Below, in pieces: positions 1 through 9,398 of a DNA stretch of 24,000 nucleotides (position 1 is its first letter; each line of letters starts with the position of its first letter). The notes below the pieces were generated by a model. It did not search any database. It worked only from the letters and a program-made list of their open reading frames with translations, and was not told where the DNA came from. A program made the translations under genes and the position numbers. Source of the DNA: Pseudomonas tolaasii NCPPB 2192 (lineage in GTDB: Bacteria; Pseudomonadota; Gammaproteobacteria; Pseudomonadales; Pseudomonadaceae); assembly GCF_002813445.1 (NCBI RefSeq), contig NZ_PHHD01000001.1, forward strand, positions 3,806,740 through 3,830,739, written 5' to 3'.

Positions 1-735
1 TGCGCATCCCACCAATACCAGCTGCACGCGGCGCACCGGAATGCCCAACGAGGCCGCCGAATCCGTGCCGAAGGTGAACGCATCCAGCGCGCGACGGTGC
101 CACAGGCACACCGCCAAACCGGCGACCGCCACCGGCACCGCCAGCCACACCGACGGCCAGCGCACGCCGCTGAGGTTGCCCAGCAGCCAGAACATGATGC
201 CGCGCGCCTGTTCGGAGCTGGCGGACTTGGTGATCAGGAACGCGGTGAGCGCGTTGAACAGCTGCGAGCCGGCGATACCCGCGAGGATGATCTGCCCGGT
301 ACCGCTGTTGGAACCGCTGGCCCGCGCCAGCAGAATCACCAGCGCAAACGCGGCCATGGCGCCGACAAACGCTCCCGCCGATAGCGAAATCAAACCGCCG
401 CCCACGCCGATCAGCGCCACCAACACCGCGCCGGTGGACGCCCCGGCGCTGATGCCCAGCAAGTATGGATCCGCCAACGGGTTGCGCAGCAGCGACTGCA
501 GGATCACCCCGCACGTCGCCAGCCCGGCCCCGCACGCGGCGGCCACCAGAGCGCGGGTCAGGCGGTAGTTCCAGACCACGCCTTCGTCGATCGGGTCAAG
601 CGCATAACCGGCGGCCCACAGCTTGTTGGCCAGCACTTGCAGCACCACCTGCGGCGAGATGGCGGTTTCGCCGATGGCCACGCCAGCCAGCACGGCCGCC
701 AGCAGCAAGGCGAGGGCGAGCAGGGTGCGTATCAT
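1..735 (-). CDS. FecCD-family ABC transporter permease (corrinoid/iron-chelate type); N-terminal 245 codons, gene continues beyond the window start
   Basis: This ORF is absent from the supplied track because it runs off the window edge. The reverse strand from ATG at 735 reads MIRTLLALALLLAAVLAGVAIGETAISPQVVLQVLANKLWAAGYA... and stays open to position 1 (...SAASLGIPVRRVQLVLVGCA). It is hydrophobic and multi-TM, like BtuC/FecCD N-termini. The ATG overlaps the TGA of the upstream binding-protein gene (ATGA at 732-735), suggesting translational coupling. Confidence 0.8.
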   Translation of the reverse strand, partial: MIRTLLALALLLAAVLAGVAIGETAISPQVVLQVLANKLWAAGYALDPIDEGVVWNYRLTRALVAAACGAGLATCGVILQSLLRNPLADPYLLGISAGASTGAVLVALIGVGGGLISLSAGAFVGAMAAFALVILLARASGSNSGTGQIILAGIAGSQLFNALTAFLITKSASSEQARGIMFWLLGNLSGVRWPSVWLAVPVAVAGLAVCLWHRRALDAFTFGTDSAASLGIPVRRVQLVLVGCA

Positions 736-1742
736 TTGGGCAGGTCGTAGCCGTCGATGGCCGTGGCCAGTTGCTCAAGGCCCTCGAACATGCGGATGCT
801 GGCCTGTAACGCGAGGGCGTCGAGAATGATGATGCGGTTGTTTTTCACGGCGTCCATGTTACGGGTCACCGGGTCGCTGCGCAGGAAGGCAAGTTTCTTT
901 TCATGGTCGTCGGCGGGGTAGCGGCGGCGGTCCATGCGCGCGATCACCAGGAAGGTCGGGTTGGCCTTGGCGATGGTTTCCCAGCCGACGGCGGGCCACT
1001 CTTCGTCGGATTGCACCACGTTGGACAGGCCGAGGGTTTCCAGCATGAACTCGGGGATGCCCTTATGGCCCGCAACGTAAGGGTCGCTGGCCATTTCGGA
1101 ACTGGAGAACCACACCAAGGCGCTGGCCTGTTTGAGGCCTTTGCCGTGTGCGGTGGCGACGGATTTGGCCAGGCGTGCCTTGAGTTCGTCGTTCAATTGC
1201 TGGCCGCGGTCCTGCACGTCAAAAATCTCGGCAAGCTGGCGGATGCTTTTATAGATGGTTTCGATATGGAACGGCTCAAGGCGCGTGCCGTCGGCGCCGA
1301 CCAGGTTGTCTTTGCCTTCGCAGTCTGAGGGCAGCAGGTAGGTGGGAATCTTCAGTTCGTGAAATTGCTCGCGGGTGCCGACCACACCTTGTGGGCCGAC
1401 CACCCATTCCAGCTCGGCGGCCACCAGTTGCGGGCGCTTGGCGATCACGGCTTCAAAGCTGGGCTCGTTGTCGGCCAGGCGTTCGATCTTGTCGTTTTGC
1501 GCCTTGAACTGTGGCAGCACGTTGTTGAACCACAGCGACGTGCCGACCACTTTATCGGCCACGCCCAGGGCGTAGAGCATTTCGGTGGCGGCCTGGCCGA
1601 TGGTCACGCTGCGTGCCGGCGCCTGCTGGAAGGTCACCGCGCTGCCGCAGTTCTGCACGGTGAGCGGGTATTGAGTGGGCGCAGCCTGGGCAAGTGTGCA
1701 GAAGCCAACGCCTGCGAGCAGGGCGGTAACGCGTGGCAGCAT
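732..1742 (-). CDS. Periplasmic substrate-binding protein of a corrinoid/iron-chelate ABC transporter (BtuF/FhuD-like fold)
   Basis: Track ORF 732..1847. I place the start at the internal ATG at 1742, giving MLPRVTALLAGVGFCTLAQAAP, a signal peptide with an AQA cleavage site, preceded by GGAGA. The gene sits directly downstream of a cobalamin riboswitch and upstream of a FecCD permease. Confidence 0.85.
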   Translation of the reverse strand: MLPRVTALLAGVGFCTLAQAAPTQYPLTVQNCGSAVTFQQAPARSVTIGQAATEMLYALGVADKVVGTSLWFNNVLPQFKAQNDKIERLADNEPSFEAVIAKRPQLVAAELEWVVGPQGVVGTREQFHELKIPTYLLPSDCEGKDNLVGADGTRLEPFHIETIYKSIRQLAEIFDVQDRGQQLNDELKARLAKSVATAHGKGLKQASALVWFSSSEMASDPYVAGHKGIPEFMLETLGLSNVVQSDEEWPAVGWETIAKANPTFLVIARMDRRRYPADDHEKKLAFLRSDPVTRNMDAVKNNRIIILDALALQASIRMFEGLEQLATAIDGYDLPK

Positions 1743-1859
1743 GGGGCGATCTCCGTGAGAACCGTAAGTGAAACGGGAGAGGTACGGTTCGGAAACACAC
1801 CCTCGATGGCTGCGTGTGAGGCAGGCGAGGACGTCCTTCCCGGACACCCCGCCGGTCAG

Positions 1860-2040
1860 TGATAACGCTGGGCCGGCAGGTCTCCTGACTGATGCGTCGT
1901 CGCCACGCTCCGGCCTTCCCGAGCAAGGCTCAGTGGCGTTTGGGGAGCAGGCTCGGCACCTACAGTTGCGGGGGCAGTTTCGATTGGCGCGAAGGGTTGC
2001 GCTTCGAATTCCCTATTAGTCCCGTTTGGGAACCGGCGCG
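1860..2040 (-). promoter_or_regulatory. Cobalamin (B12) riboswitch in the leader of the ABC importer operon
   Basis: The reverse strand contains AATAGGGAATTCG..., GCCCCCGCAACTGTAGG, GCCACTGAGCC...GGGAAGGCCGG and the B12 box AGTCAGGAGACCTGCCGGCC (reverse complement of 1871-1890). These are all hallmark conserved blocks of the cobalamin riboswitch, and they occur in the correct order. Downstream, an 8-bp hairpin (GAACCGTA...TACGGTTC) with a CTCTCC loop lies next to the GGAGA RBS. Confidence 0.9.
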
Positions 2041-2135
2041 GTATGGTAGTCGATTAGTGTCAGTGAGGGGAGTTTCTCGAAGGTGGCTTAGTAATATCAT
2101 CTGCCGCGTTCATGCCCCTTGCTCATGGAGAGCTT

Positions 2136-2765
2136 ATGCAGTTTCGCCATGTTGTTGCGCTGACTCACTTGTCGGCTGTATTGCTGCTTTCGGGCTGTGC
2201 CCAGTCCGTGGCACCGCCTGCGCCGGTTGCCCCTGTAAAGCTTGAAGCCCTGGGCCAGCCGCTGGCCTCGAGCCCTGCGCGGGCGGGGTGGATCGACCAG
2301 ATCATCCAGCAGGACCCGGTGGTGGTTTCATCGCTCAAGCCCGTGTTGAAAGCTCCGGTAAGCAACGATGAGCGCATCGCCCGCTTGCGCAAACAGGATG
2401 GCGGAGTATTGCCGGACAGCTACTGGTCGCTCTACAAGCAAAACCTGGAGGCGATGCAATATGACCTGAATCACCAGCACGATGCGGCGCGCGAGCAGTA
2501 CACGCAGGCCTATCGCGATGAGTTGAGCCGTATGAGTGATTCGACGCTGCAGGCCTTGGCCACCCACCCTCAGGCGGTAGATGCCAATACCCGAAGCCAA
2601 TTGAATGCGCGGATGAGCGACCGCATGGTGAACTACATTACGACCAGCGAGCAGTCGTTCAAAGGCGCTACCGATGCGCACCTGAACCGTATGGCATTGA
2701 TGGACCGGCAGTTCGGCGTGTGTGCGCGCAAACCCGATTGCTGGGATGCGCCGGTCAAGAAGTGA
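2136..2765 (+). CDS. Hypothetical lipoprotein
   Basis: Track ORF 2112..2765. The preferred start is ATG 2136, preceded by GGAGA. The N-terminus MQFRHVVALTHLSAVLLLSGCAQS carries a lipobox (LLSGC). Codons are GC3-rich. I recognise no family. Confidence 0.7.
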   Translation: MQFRHVVALTHLSAVLLLSGCAQSVAPPAPVAPVKLEALGQPLASSPARAGWIDQIIQQDPVVVSSLKPVLKAPVSNDERIARLRKQDGGVLPDSYWSLYKQNLEAMQYDLNHQHDAAREQYTQAYRDELSRMSDSTLQALATHPQAVDANTRSQLNARMSDRMVNYITTSEQSFKGATDAHLNRMALMDRQFGVCARKPDCWDAPVKK

Positions 2766-2783
2766 CGTGAGCCTGTGACACAT

Positions 2784-2806
2784 GGCGAGGGAGAGCTTCC
2801 CTCGCC
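2784..2806. terminator. Hairpin between convergent genes (possible bidirectional terminator, no U-tract)
   Basis: GGCGAGGGA-gagct-TCCCTCGCC forms a 9-bp perfect stem between the lipoprotein stop (2765) and the sad stop (2826). Confidence 0.45.
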
Positions 2807-2825
2807 ACGCAAGGCCTGTTTGAGG

Positions 2826-4208
2826 TTATTTGCGATCCAGCCATACCGTCTGCGCATTGCAGAATTCCCGCACGCCGAAGTGCGACAATTCCCGCCCGAA
2901 ACCACTCTTTTTCACACCTCCAAACGCTACACGAGGGTCGGACACGCTAAAGGCGTTGACGAAGATCCCGCCGGTTTCCAGTTGGTCTGCAATGTCACGT
3001 GCCTTCGCCGCATCGGCAGTGAAGATGCTGGCGGTCAGGCCGAATTCGCTGTCGTTGGCCAGTGCCACGGCGTGGTCGGCGTCGCGGGCGACGATGATCG
3101 AGGCGACCGGGCCGAACAGTTCCTGTTTGAACGACGTCATCTGGTCGGTGACGCCTGCCAGTACGGTGGGCTCGTAGTAGTTGCCGGCGCCGGGAACCTT
3201 GTTGCCGCCCAGCAGCAGGGTCGCGCCTTCTTTCAGGGTGGCCTGGACCTGGCCATGCAGCTCGTCACGCAGGTCGAAGCGCGCCATCGGGCCGACGTAG
3301 GTGTCTGTCGAGGTCGGGTCGCCCATCACCAGGGCACGGCTGGCTTCGAGGAATTTGGCGGTGAAGGCTTCGGCCACGCCGGCTTCGATGATCAGGCGTT
3401 TGGCGGCGGCGCAGACCTGGCCGCTGTTCTGGAAACGGCCGATCAGGGCGGCTTGGACAGCGGCGTCGAGGTCGGCGTCGTTGAGCACGATGAACGGGTC
3501 GGAGCCGCCCAGTTCCAGCACGCATTTTTTCAGCGCGGCACCGGCCTGGGAGCCAATGGCGATACCGGCGCGCACGCTGCCGGTGAGGGTGACGGCGGCA
3601 ATGCGGGGGTCGTCGATGGCTTTGGACACTCCGTCAGTGGTCACATTGATCACTTCAAAGATGCCTTCGGCAAAGCCGGCTTTCTGAAACGCTTGCTGGA
3701 TCAGGTAGGCGCTGCCCATCACGTTCGGGGCGTGTTTGAGCACGTAGGTATTGCCGGCGAGCAGGGTTGGCACGGCGCCACGCAACACTTGCCAGACCGG
3801 GAAGTTCCACGGCATCACGGCAAGGATCGGGCCCAGCGGGCGATATTCGATGTGGGCGCTGCCGTTATCGACCAACGTCGGCTCCGGGGCGAGCATGGCC
3901 GGGCCGTGGGTGGCGTACCACTCGCTGAGCAAGGCGCATTTTTCGATTTCGGCGCGGGCCTGGGCGATGGGTTTGCCCATTTCCAGGGTGATCATTTGCG
4001 CCATGTCTTCAGCTTGTTCACGCAGGGCGGTGGCCAGGGCCAGCAACCGTTCTGCGCGTTGGCTCACCGGCTGGCGGCGCCAGGTGCGGAAGGCGCCAGT
4101 GGCACGGTTGAGGGTGGCGTCCAGCTGCAAATCGGTTTCGTACGGGTAGCTGCCGACGGTTTCGCCATTGGCCGGGTTGATCGAGAGGGCGTGGGTAGTC
4201 GCGTTCAT
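2826..4208 (-). CDS. sad: NAD(P)+-dependent succinate-semialdehyde dehydrogenase (YneI/Sad-like aldehyde dehydrogenase)
   Basis: The 460-aa product is colinear with E. coli YneI/Sad as I remember it: AISINPA..., EMGKPI.QARAE, MPWNFP.WQV.RGAVP, LELGGSDPFIVL, GQVCAAAKR, ANDSEFGL, AFGGVKKSGFGRELSHFG..EFCN.QTVW.DR. The catalytic Cys and Glu contexts are intact. Confidence 0.9.
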   Translation of the reverse strand: MNATTHALSINPANGETVGSYPYETDLQLDATLNRATGAFRTWRRQPVSQRAERLLALATALREQAEDMAQMITLEMGKPIAQARAEIEKCALLSEWYATHGPAMLAPEPTLVDNGSAHIEYRPLGPILAVMPWNFPVWQVLRGAVPTLLAGNTYVLKHAPNVMGSAYLIQQAFQKAGFAEGIFEVINVTTDGVSKAIDDPRIAAVTLTGSVRAGIAIGSQAGAALKKCVLELGGSDPFIVLNDADLDAAVQAALIGRFQNSGQVCAAAKRLIIEAGVAEAFTAKFLEASRALVMGDPTSTDTYVGPMARFDLRDELHGQVQATLKEGATLLLGGNKVPGAGNYYEPTVLAGVTDQMTSFKQELFGPVASIIVARDADHAVALANDSEFGLTASIFTADAAKARDIADQLETGGIFVNAFSVSDPRVAFGGVKKSGFGRELSHFGVREFCNAQTVWLDRK

Positions 4209-4300
4209 GACACCGTCCTGCTGAGTGATTTAAGTTGCGTTCAGCGTACGGGGCTATCTCTTTTCTGGAAACTGAATAATATTAAGCAATACGTTCACGA

Positions 4301-5185
4301 TTGGAGAATGATTTGGACCTGGTGCAACTGGAAATTTTCAAGGCCGTTGCCGAGCAAGGCAGCATCAGCGCCGCCGCGCAGTTGATTCATCGCGTGCCGT
4401 CGAACCTGACCACGCGCATCAAGCAACTGGAGCAGGACCTTGGCGTGGAATTGTTCATCCGCGAGAAGAGCCGCCTGCGTCTGTCTCCGGCCGGGTGGAA
4501 TTTCCTCGGCTATGCGCGGCGCATTCTCGACCTGGTACAGGAAGCCCGCGCCACGGTGGCGGGGGAGGAACCCCAGGGCGCCTTTGCACTGGGCTCGCTG
4601 GAGAGCACGGCGGCGGTGCGCATCCCGGCGCTGCTGGCGGCGTATAACCAGAAGCACACCAAGGTCGAGCTGGACTTGAGCACCGGACCGTCCGGCACGA
4701 TGATCGAGGGCGTGTTGTCGGGGCGGCTGACGGCGGCGTTCGTTGACGGGCCGTTGTTGCACGCCACACTGGAAGGGGTCGCGGTGTTTGAAGAGGAGAT
4801 GGTGGTGATTGCGCCTCTGCATCACGCACCCATTACTCGGGGCCAGGATGTGAACGGGGAGAGCATCTACACCTTTCGCTCCAACTGTTCATACCGCCAC
4901 CACCTGGAACGCTGGTTTTCACAGGATGGCGCGGTGCCGGGCAAGATCTTCGAGATCGAGTCCTACCACGGCATGCTCGCCTGCGTCAGCGCCGGGGCCG
5001 GGCTGGCGCTGATGCCGCGCAGCATGCTGGAAAGCATGCCGGGGTACGCGGCGGTGAGTGTATGGCCGCTGACGGACAACTTCCGCATTCTGCATACCTG
5101 GCTGATCTGGCGCCGGGGCACGGTGTCGCAGAGTTTGAACAGTTTTGTAAAGTTACTGGAAGACCGTGGTCTCGTAGCTGCTTAG
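4301..5185 (+). CDS. LysR-family transcriptional regulator, divergent from sad (yneJ-like arrangement)
   Basis: The N-terminal wHTH reads [46 protein letters not shown], followed by a LysR substrate-binding domain. No in-frame ATG is present at the 5' end. Candidate starts are TTG 4301 or TTG 4313, the latter 5 nt after GGAGA and giving MDLVQLEIF. Confidence 0.85.
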   Translation: MENDLDLVQLEIFKAVAEQGSISAAAQLIHRVPSNLTTRIKQLEQDLGVELFIREKSRLRLSPAGWNFLGYARRILDLVQEARATVAGEEPQGAFALGSLESTAAVRIPALLAAYNQKHTKVELDLSTGPSGTMIEGVLSGRLTAAFVDGPLLHATLEGVAVFEEEMVVIAPLHHAPITRGQDVNGESIYTFRSNCSYRHHLERWFSQDGAVPGKIFEIESYHGMLACVSAGAGLALMPRSMLESMPGYAAVSVWPLTDNFRILHTWLIWRRGTVSQSLNSFVKLLEDRGLVAA

Positions 5186-5191
5186 ATCCAA

Positions 5192-5294
5192 TGTGGGAGC
5201 TGGCTTGTGTGGGAGCTGGCTTGCCTGCGATTGCATCACTGCGGTGTGACTGACACGCTGAGGTGTCTGTATCGCAGGCAAGCCAGCTCCCACA
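5192..5294. repeat. REP/REPIN element: convergent inverted REP pair plus a partial extra copy
   Basis: TGTGGGAGCTGGCTTGCCTGCGAT (5208-5231) and its reverse complement ATCGCAGGCAAGCCAGCTCCCACA (5271-5294) flank a 39-nt spacer. A truncated direct copy, TGTGGGAGCTGGCTTG, abuts at 5192-5207. Confidence 0.9.
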
Positions 5295-5306
5295 GATTGA
5301 CCGGTG

Positions 5307-5516
5307 TCAGCCGCCGAACTGGAAGGTGCCCATCGCCAGTTTGGCCATGATGGCCGTCGCGCCCAATTGCACCAGCCACAGTGCCAGACCGCCGAGAAAA
5401 ACACCGAGTGCCACTTGCAGCACCAGGCTCTTCTGGCGCTTGGCTTGCGGGGCGCGTGGGGTGTAGTCATGCAGCTCGTCGCGGTCGGCGCGCAGGTCCA
5501 GGTCGTCGTTTCTCAT
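5307..5516 (-). CDS. Small hypothetical membrane protein (69 aa)
   Basis: Codon usage is GC3-rich and GAGAG lies upstream of the ATG. There is one clear TM helix (LVLQVALGVFLGGLALWLVQLGATAIMA) after a charged N-terminus. I preferred this ORF over the overlapping 5153..5470 ORF, which runs through the REP element. Confidence 0.5.
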   Translation of the reverse strand: MRNDDLDLRADRDELHDYTPRAPQAKRQKSLVLQVALGVFLGGLALWLVQLGATAIMAKLAMGTFQFGG

Positions 5517-5606
5517 AGGGCTCTCACAGCAAAGGGGCAGTCGGGTTCAGTCTAGGGCTTGGGCGCTCTGCGCTGCGATATTTTTTTGCGGCCCGCTCGC
5601 CACAAT

Positions 5607-5639
5607 AAAAAAGGGGAAGCCATCGGCTTCCCCTTTTTT
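5607..5639. terminator. Bidirectional rho-independent terminator
   Basis: AAAAAA-GGGGAAGCC-atc-GGCTTCCCC-TTTTTT lies 15 nt after the aminotransferase stop. The A-run and T-run flanks allow termination in both directions. Confidence 0.85.
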
Positions 5640-5653
5640 ACATCAGCTCAGGC

Positions 5654-6850
5654 TTACAACACCTTAACAATCGCCTCAGTCACGGCACCGATGTTCGACT
5701 GGTTCAGTGCGGCTACGCAGATACGCCCGGTGTCCAGCGCGTAGATGCCGAACTCGGAACGCAGGCGGGTGACTTGTTCAACGGTCAGGCCGGAGTAGGA
5801 GAACATCCCGCGCTGGCGACCGACGAAGCTGAAGTCCTGACCCGGAGCGGCCTTGGCCAGGGTGGCGACCATCTGCTCGCGCATGCCACGGATGCGCAGG
5901 CGCATTTCGGCCAGTTCGGCTTCCCACTGGGCGCGCAGCTCAGGGTTGTTCAGCACTGCCGCCACAATCGCGGCGCCGTGGGTTGGCGGGTTGGAGTAGT
6001 TGGTGCGGATCACGCGCTTGACCTGGGACAGGATGCGCGCGCTTTCTTCCCTGGATTCGCCGACGATGGACAGGGCGCCCACACGTTCGCCGTACAGGGA
6101 GAACGACTTGGAGAACGAGCTGGACACAAAGAAGGTCAGCCCCGACTCGGCGAACAGGCGCACGGCCGCGGCGTCTTCGTGGATGCCGTCGCCAAAGCCC
6201 TGGTACGCCATGTCGAGGAACGGGATCAGGTTCCTGGCCTTGACCACGTCCAGCACGTTCTGCCAGTCGGCCGGGCTCAGGTCGACGCCGGTCGGGTTGT
6301 GGCAGCAGGCGTGCAGCACCACGATCGACTGTGGCGGCAGGGCGTTGAGGTCTTCAAGCAGGCCGGCACGGTTCACATCGTGGGTGGCGGCGTCGTAGTA
6401 GCGGTAGTTCTGCACCGGGAAACCGGCGGTTTCGAACAGCGCGCGGTGGTTTTCCCAGCTTGGATCGCTGATGGCGACGACCGCGTTCGGCACCAGTTGC
6501 TTGAGGAAGTCGGCGCCGATTTTCAGCGCACCGGTGCCGCCGACCGCTTGCACGGTGGTGACGCGGCCGGCTGCCAGCAGCGGCGACTCGGCGCCGAACA
6601 GCAGGGTTTGCACGGCTTTGTCATAGGCTGCAATACCGTCGATCGGCAAGTAGCCACGGGCGGCGTGTTGCGCTACGCGAATGGCTTCCGCTTCGGCAAC
6701 GGCACGCAAGAGTGGAATCTTCCCCTCCTCGTTGCAATAAACGCCCACGCCAAGGTTGACCTTGGTGGTTCGGGTGTCGGCGTTGAATGCTTCGTTGAGG
6801 CCCAGGATTGGATCGCGTGGTGCCATTTCGACAGCGGAGAACAGGCTCAT
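5654..6850 (-). CDS. Aspartate/aromatic amino acid aminotransferase (AspC/TyrB class I family)
   Basis: The track ORF 5654..6985 is trimmed to ATG 6850, giving MSLFSAVEMAPRDPILGLNEAFNADTR, which aligns with the E. coli AspC N-terminus. Conserved blocks are present: GGTGAL, SNPSWxNH-like SDPSWENH, CCHNPTG, SFSKSFSLYGERVG (PLP lysine), YSNPP.HGA and SGRI..A. Confidence 0.9.
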   Translation of the reverse strand: MSLFSAVEMAPRDPILGLNEAFNADTRTTKVNLGVGVYCNEEGKIPLLRAVAEAEAIRVAQHAARGYLPIDGIAAYDKAVQTLLFGAESPLLAAGRVTTVQAVGGTGALKIGADFLKQLVPNAVVAISDPSWENHRALFETAGFPVQNYRYYDAATHDVNRAGLLEDLNALPPQSIVVLHACCHNPTGVDLSPADWQNVLDVVKARNLIPFLDMAYQGFGDGIHEDAAAVRLFAESGLTFFVSSSFSKSFSLYGERVGALSIVGESREESARILSQVKRVIRTNYSNPPTHGAAIVAAVLNNPELRAQWEAELAEMRLRIRGMREQMVATLAKAAPGQDFSFVGRQRGMFSYSGLTVEQVTRLRSEFGIYALDTGRICVAALNQSNIGAVTEAIVKVL

Positions 6851-7193
6851 TTTTGCGGCAGCTCTATGGGGGGTAGGAGGGACGTGTCGCGCTCCAGCCG
6901 AATGCACTAGAGCGGTGCACAAACGGGGAGCTAGTATAGAGGCCATCCACGCCGAGGGCGACCACAGAAACGGCTTTTCGGCCAAGTTTTTCGGTTTATT
7001 TGCCGACCGTTAGTCTTATTGCAATGTTGATCCGGCAGCGCCTGTCGGACGATTGCCTTGAAACCCGTCACATTCGGCACCACTTCTACAGCTATCATGG
7101 TTTTTTCCTGCAGCCTGCGAAGACAATTCGCGGGTTGCTGAGCTATTTCGTCCCTGGCGGTTTCGAGTCTGGGGTGACTTCACGAGGTACGTT

Positions 7194-9209
7194 ATGTCGG
7201 ATTTCCAGCTCGTCACCCGTTTTGAACCCGCCGGCGATCAGCCGCAAGCCATTCGCCAAATGGTCGAAGGCATCGAGGCCGGCCTGGCCCACCAGACGCT
7301 GCTCGGGGTGACCGGTTCAGGCAAGACCTTCAGCATTGCCAACGTGATCGCACAGATCAACCGCCCGACCCTGGTGCTGGCCCCGAACAAAACCCTGGCT
7401 GCGCAGCTGTATGGCGAATTCAAGGCGTTCTTCCCGAACAACGCGGTGGAGTACTTCGTTTCCTACTACGACTACTACCAGCCCGAAGCCTATGTGCCGT
7501 CCTCCGACACCTTTATCGAGAAGGATGCGTCGATCAACGACCACATCGAGCAGATGCGGCTGTCGGCGACCAAGGCGCTGCTGGAGCGCAAGGACGCGAT
7601 CATCGTGACCACAGTGTCGTGCATCTACGGCCTGGGCAGCCCGGAAACCTATTTGAAGATGGTGTTGCACGTCGACCGGGGCGACAAACTCGACCAGCGC
7701 GAACTGTTGCGTCGCCTGGCGAGCCTGCAATACACCCGCAACGACATGGACTTTGCCCGCGCCACCTTCCGGGTGCGCGGCGACGTGATCGACATCTACC
7801 CGGCGGAATCCGACCTGGAAGCGATCCGCATTGAGCTGTTTGACGATGAGGTCGAAAGCCTCTCGGCCTTCGATCCGTTGACCGGCGAGGTGATCCGCAA
7901 GCTGCCGCGCTTCACCTTCTATCCGAAAAGCCACTACGTGACCCCGCGCGAGACCCTGATGGGCGCCATTGACGGCATCAAGGTCGAGCTGGCCGAGCGC
8001 CTGGAATACCTGCGCTCCAACAACAAGCTGGTGGAAGCCCAGCGCCTGGAACAGCGCACGCGGTTTGATTTGGAGATGATTCTTGAACTGGGCTACTGCA
8101 ACGGCATCGAGAACTACTCGCGCTATCTCTCGGGGCGTGAAGCCGGCGCTGCACCGCCGACCCTCTATGACTACCTGCCGCCTGATGCGCTGCTGGTGAT
8201 CGACGAGTCCCACGTCAGCGTGCCGCAGGTGGGCGCCATGTATAAGGGTGACCGTTCGCGTAAGGAGACCCTGGTGGAATACGGTTTCCGCCTGCCTTCG
8301 GCGCTGGACAACCGGCCGATGCGTTTCGACGAGTGGGAAGCCATCAGCCCGCAGACCATCTTTGTGTCGGCAACGCCCGGCAACTATGAGGCTGAGCATG
8401 CGGGCCGTGTGATCGAGCAACTGGTGCGCCCGACCGGGCTGGTCGATCCGGAAATCGAAATCCGCCCGGCGTTGACCCAGGTGGACGACCTGCTTTCGGA
8501 AATCACCAAGCGCGTAGCGCTGGAGGAGCGGGTGCTGGTAACCACGCTGACCAAGCGCATGTCCGAAGACTTGACCGACTACCTGGCCGACCACGGCGTG
8601 CGCGTGCGCTACCTGCACTCGGACATCGACACCGTGGAACGCGTAGAGATCATCCGCGACCTGCGCCTGGGCACCTTTGACGTGTTGGTGGGCATCAACC
8701 TGCTGCGTGAAGGCCTGGACATGCCGGAGGTGTCGCTGGTGGCGATTCTCGATGCGGACAAAGAGGGCTTCCTGCGTTCCGAGCGCTCGTTGATCCAGAC
8801 CATCGGCCGGGCGGCGCGTAACCTCAATGGCCGCGCCATTCTTTACGCGGACCGCATCACCGGCTCCATGGAGCGCGCGATCGGTGAGACGCAGCGTCGT
8901 CGCGACAAGCAGATCGCCTTCAACCTGGAAAACGGCATCACCCCCAAAGGCGTGTTCAAGGACGTCGCCGACATCATGGAAGGCGCCACCGTGCCCGGCT
9001 CGCGCAGCAAGAAGCGCAAGGGCATGGCCAAGGCGGCCGAGGAAAGCGCCAAGTACGAGAACGAACTGCGCTCGCCGAGTGAGATCACCAAGCGGATTCG
9101 TCAGCTGGAAGAGAAGATGTACCAGTTGGCGCGGGACCTGGAGTTTGAAGCCGCGGCGCAGACGCGGGACGAGATCGGCAAGTTGCGCGAGCGGTTGCTG
9201 GCTGTTTGA
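7194..9209 (+). CDS. uvrB: Excinuclease ABC subunit B
   Basis: The 671-aa product has a Walker A (GVTGSGKT), DESH, the beta-hairpin region [10 protein letters not shown], helicase motifs and the C-terminal UVR domain ([13 protein letters not shown]). Confidence 0.97.
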   Translation: MSDFQLVTRFEPAGDQPQAIRQMVEGIEAGLAHQTLLGVTGSGKTFSIANVIAQINRPTLVLAPNKTLAAQLYGEFKAFFPNNAVEYFVSYYDYYQPEAYVPSSDTFIEKDASINDHIEQMRLSATKALLERKDAIIVTTVSCIYGLGSPETYLKMVLHVDRGDKLDQRELLRRLASLQYTRNDMDFARATFRVRGDVIDIYPAESDLEAIRIELFDDEVESLSAFDPLTGEVIRKLPRFTFYPKSHYVTPRETLMGAIDGIKVELAERLEYLRSNNKLVEAQRLEQRTRFDLEMILELGYCNGIENYSRYLSGREAGAAPPTLYDYLPPDALLVIDESHVSVPQVGAMYKGDRSRKETLVEYGFRLPSALDNRPMRFDEWEAISPQTIFVSATPGNYEAEHAGRVIEQLVRPTGLVDPEIEIRPALTQVDDLLSEITKRVALEERVLVTTLTKRMSEDLTDYLADHGVRVRYLHSDIDTVERVEIIRDLRLGTFDVLVGINLLREGLDMPEVSLVAILDADKEGFLRSERSLIQTIGRAARNLNGRAILYADRITGSMERAIGETQRRRDKQIAFNLENGITPKGVFKDVADIMEGATVPGSRSKKRKGMAKAAEESAKYENELRSPSEITKRIRQLEEKMYQLARDLEFEAAAQTRDEIGKLRERLLAV

Positions 9210-9230
9210 TTTTCACTGGCTGGGCTGGCC

Positions 9231-9305
9231 TCATCGCGGGCAAGCCCGGCTCCCACATGTTGATCTGTGAATGCAGTCGGGTGTGGGAGCTGGCTTGCCT
9301 GCGAT
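9231..9305. repeat. REP pair (divergently oriented variant copies) downstream of uvrB
   Basis: TCATCGCGGGCAAGCCCGGCTCCCACA (9231-9257, reverse orientation, variant sequence) and GTGTGGGAGCTGGCTTGCCTGCGAT (9281-9305) are separated by 23 nt. Confidence 0.85.
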
Positions 9306-9398
9306 AGGGTCAGCTCGGTCTGCCAGAACCCCCCGCGCTGGTGTTACCATTCGCCCCTTGTTTCAATTTTCAGTTTTATCGCCCATTCGAGACCTGCC

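Noticed and set aside
2775-4385. 536-aa plus-strand ORF, together with similar long ORFs at 5774..6910 (+), 7317..8618 (-), 9363..10805 (-), 13930..15297 (-), 19562..20311 (+), 21781..23430 (-) and 41..568 (+)
   Set aside because: Each lies antisense to a gene with unmistakable family motifs (sad, the aminotransferase, uvrB, gltX, dusC, GGDEF-EAL, leuC, the FecCD permease). Their translations are low-complexity and rich in Arg, Gly, Ala and His. They are typical shadow ORFs of high-GC DNA.
6851-7193. LexA/SOS box upstream of uvrB
   Set aside because: I looked for CTGT-N8-ACAG in the aminotransferase/uvrB divergent region and found none. The nearest candidate, CTGTCGGACGATTGCC, lacks the ACAG half.
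5192-9305. Recurrent GTGGGAGCTGGCTTGCCTGCGAT repeats, considered as a possible CRISPR array
   Set aside because: The copies occur in inverted pairs at scattered intergenic sites with irregular spacing, and there are no cas genes. This is the REP/REPIN pattern, not direct repeats with unique spacers.
9267-9398. N-terminal extensions offered by the ORF track: gltX from 9267, the binding protein to 1847, the aminotransferase to 6985, leuC from 21832 and LysR to 21762
   Set aside because: The extensions lack RBSs, read through REP elements or leader/riboswitch sequence, and do not align with the conserved N-termini of the families. Internal ATGs with Shine-Dalgarno sequences give canonical N-termini.
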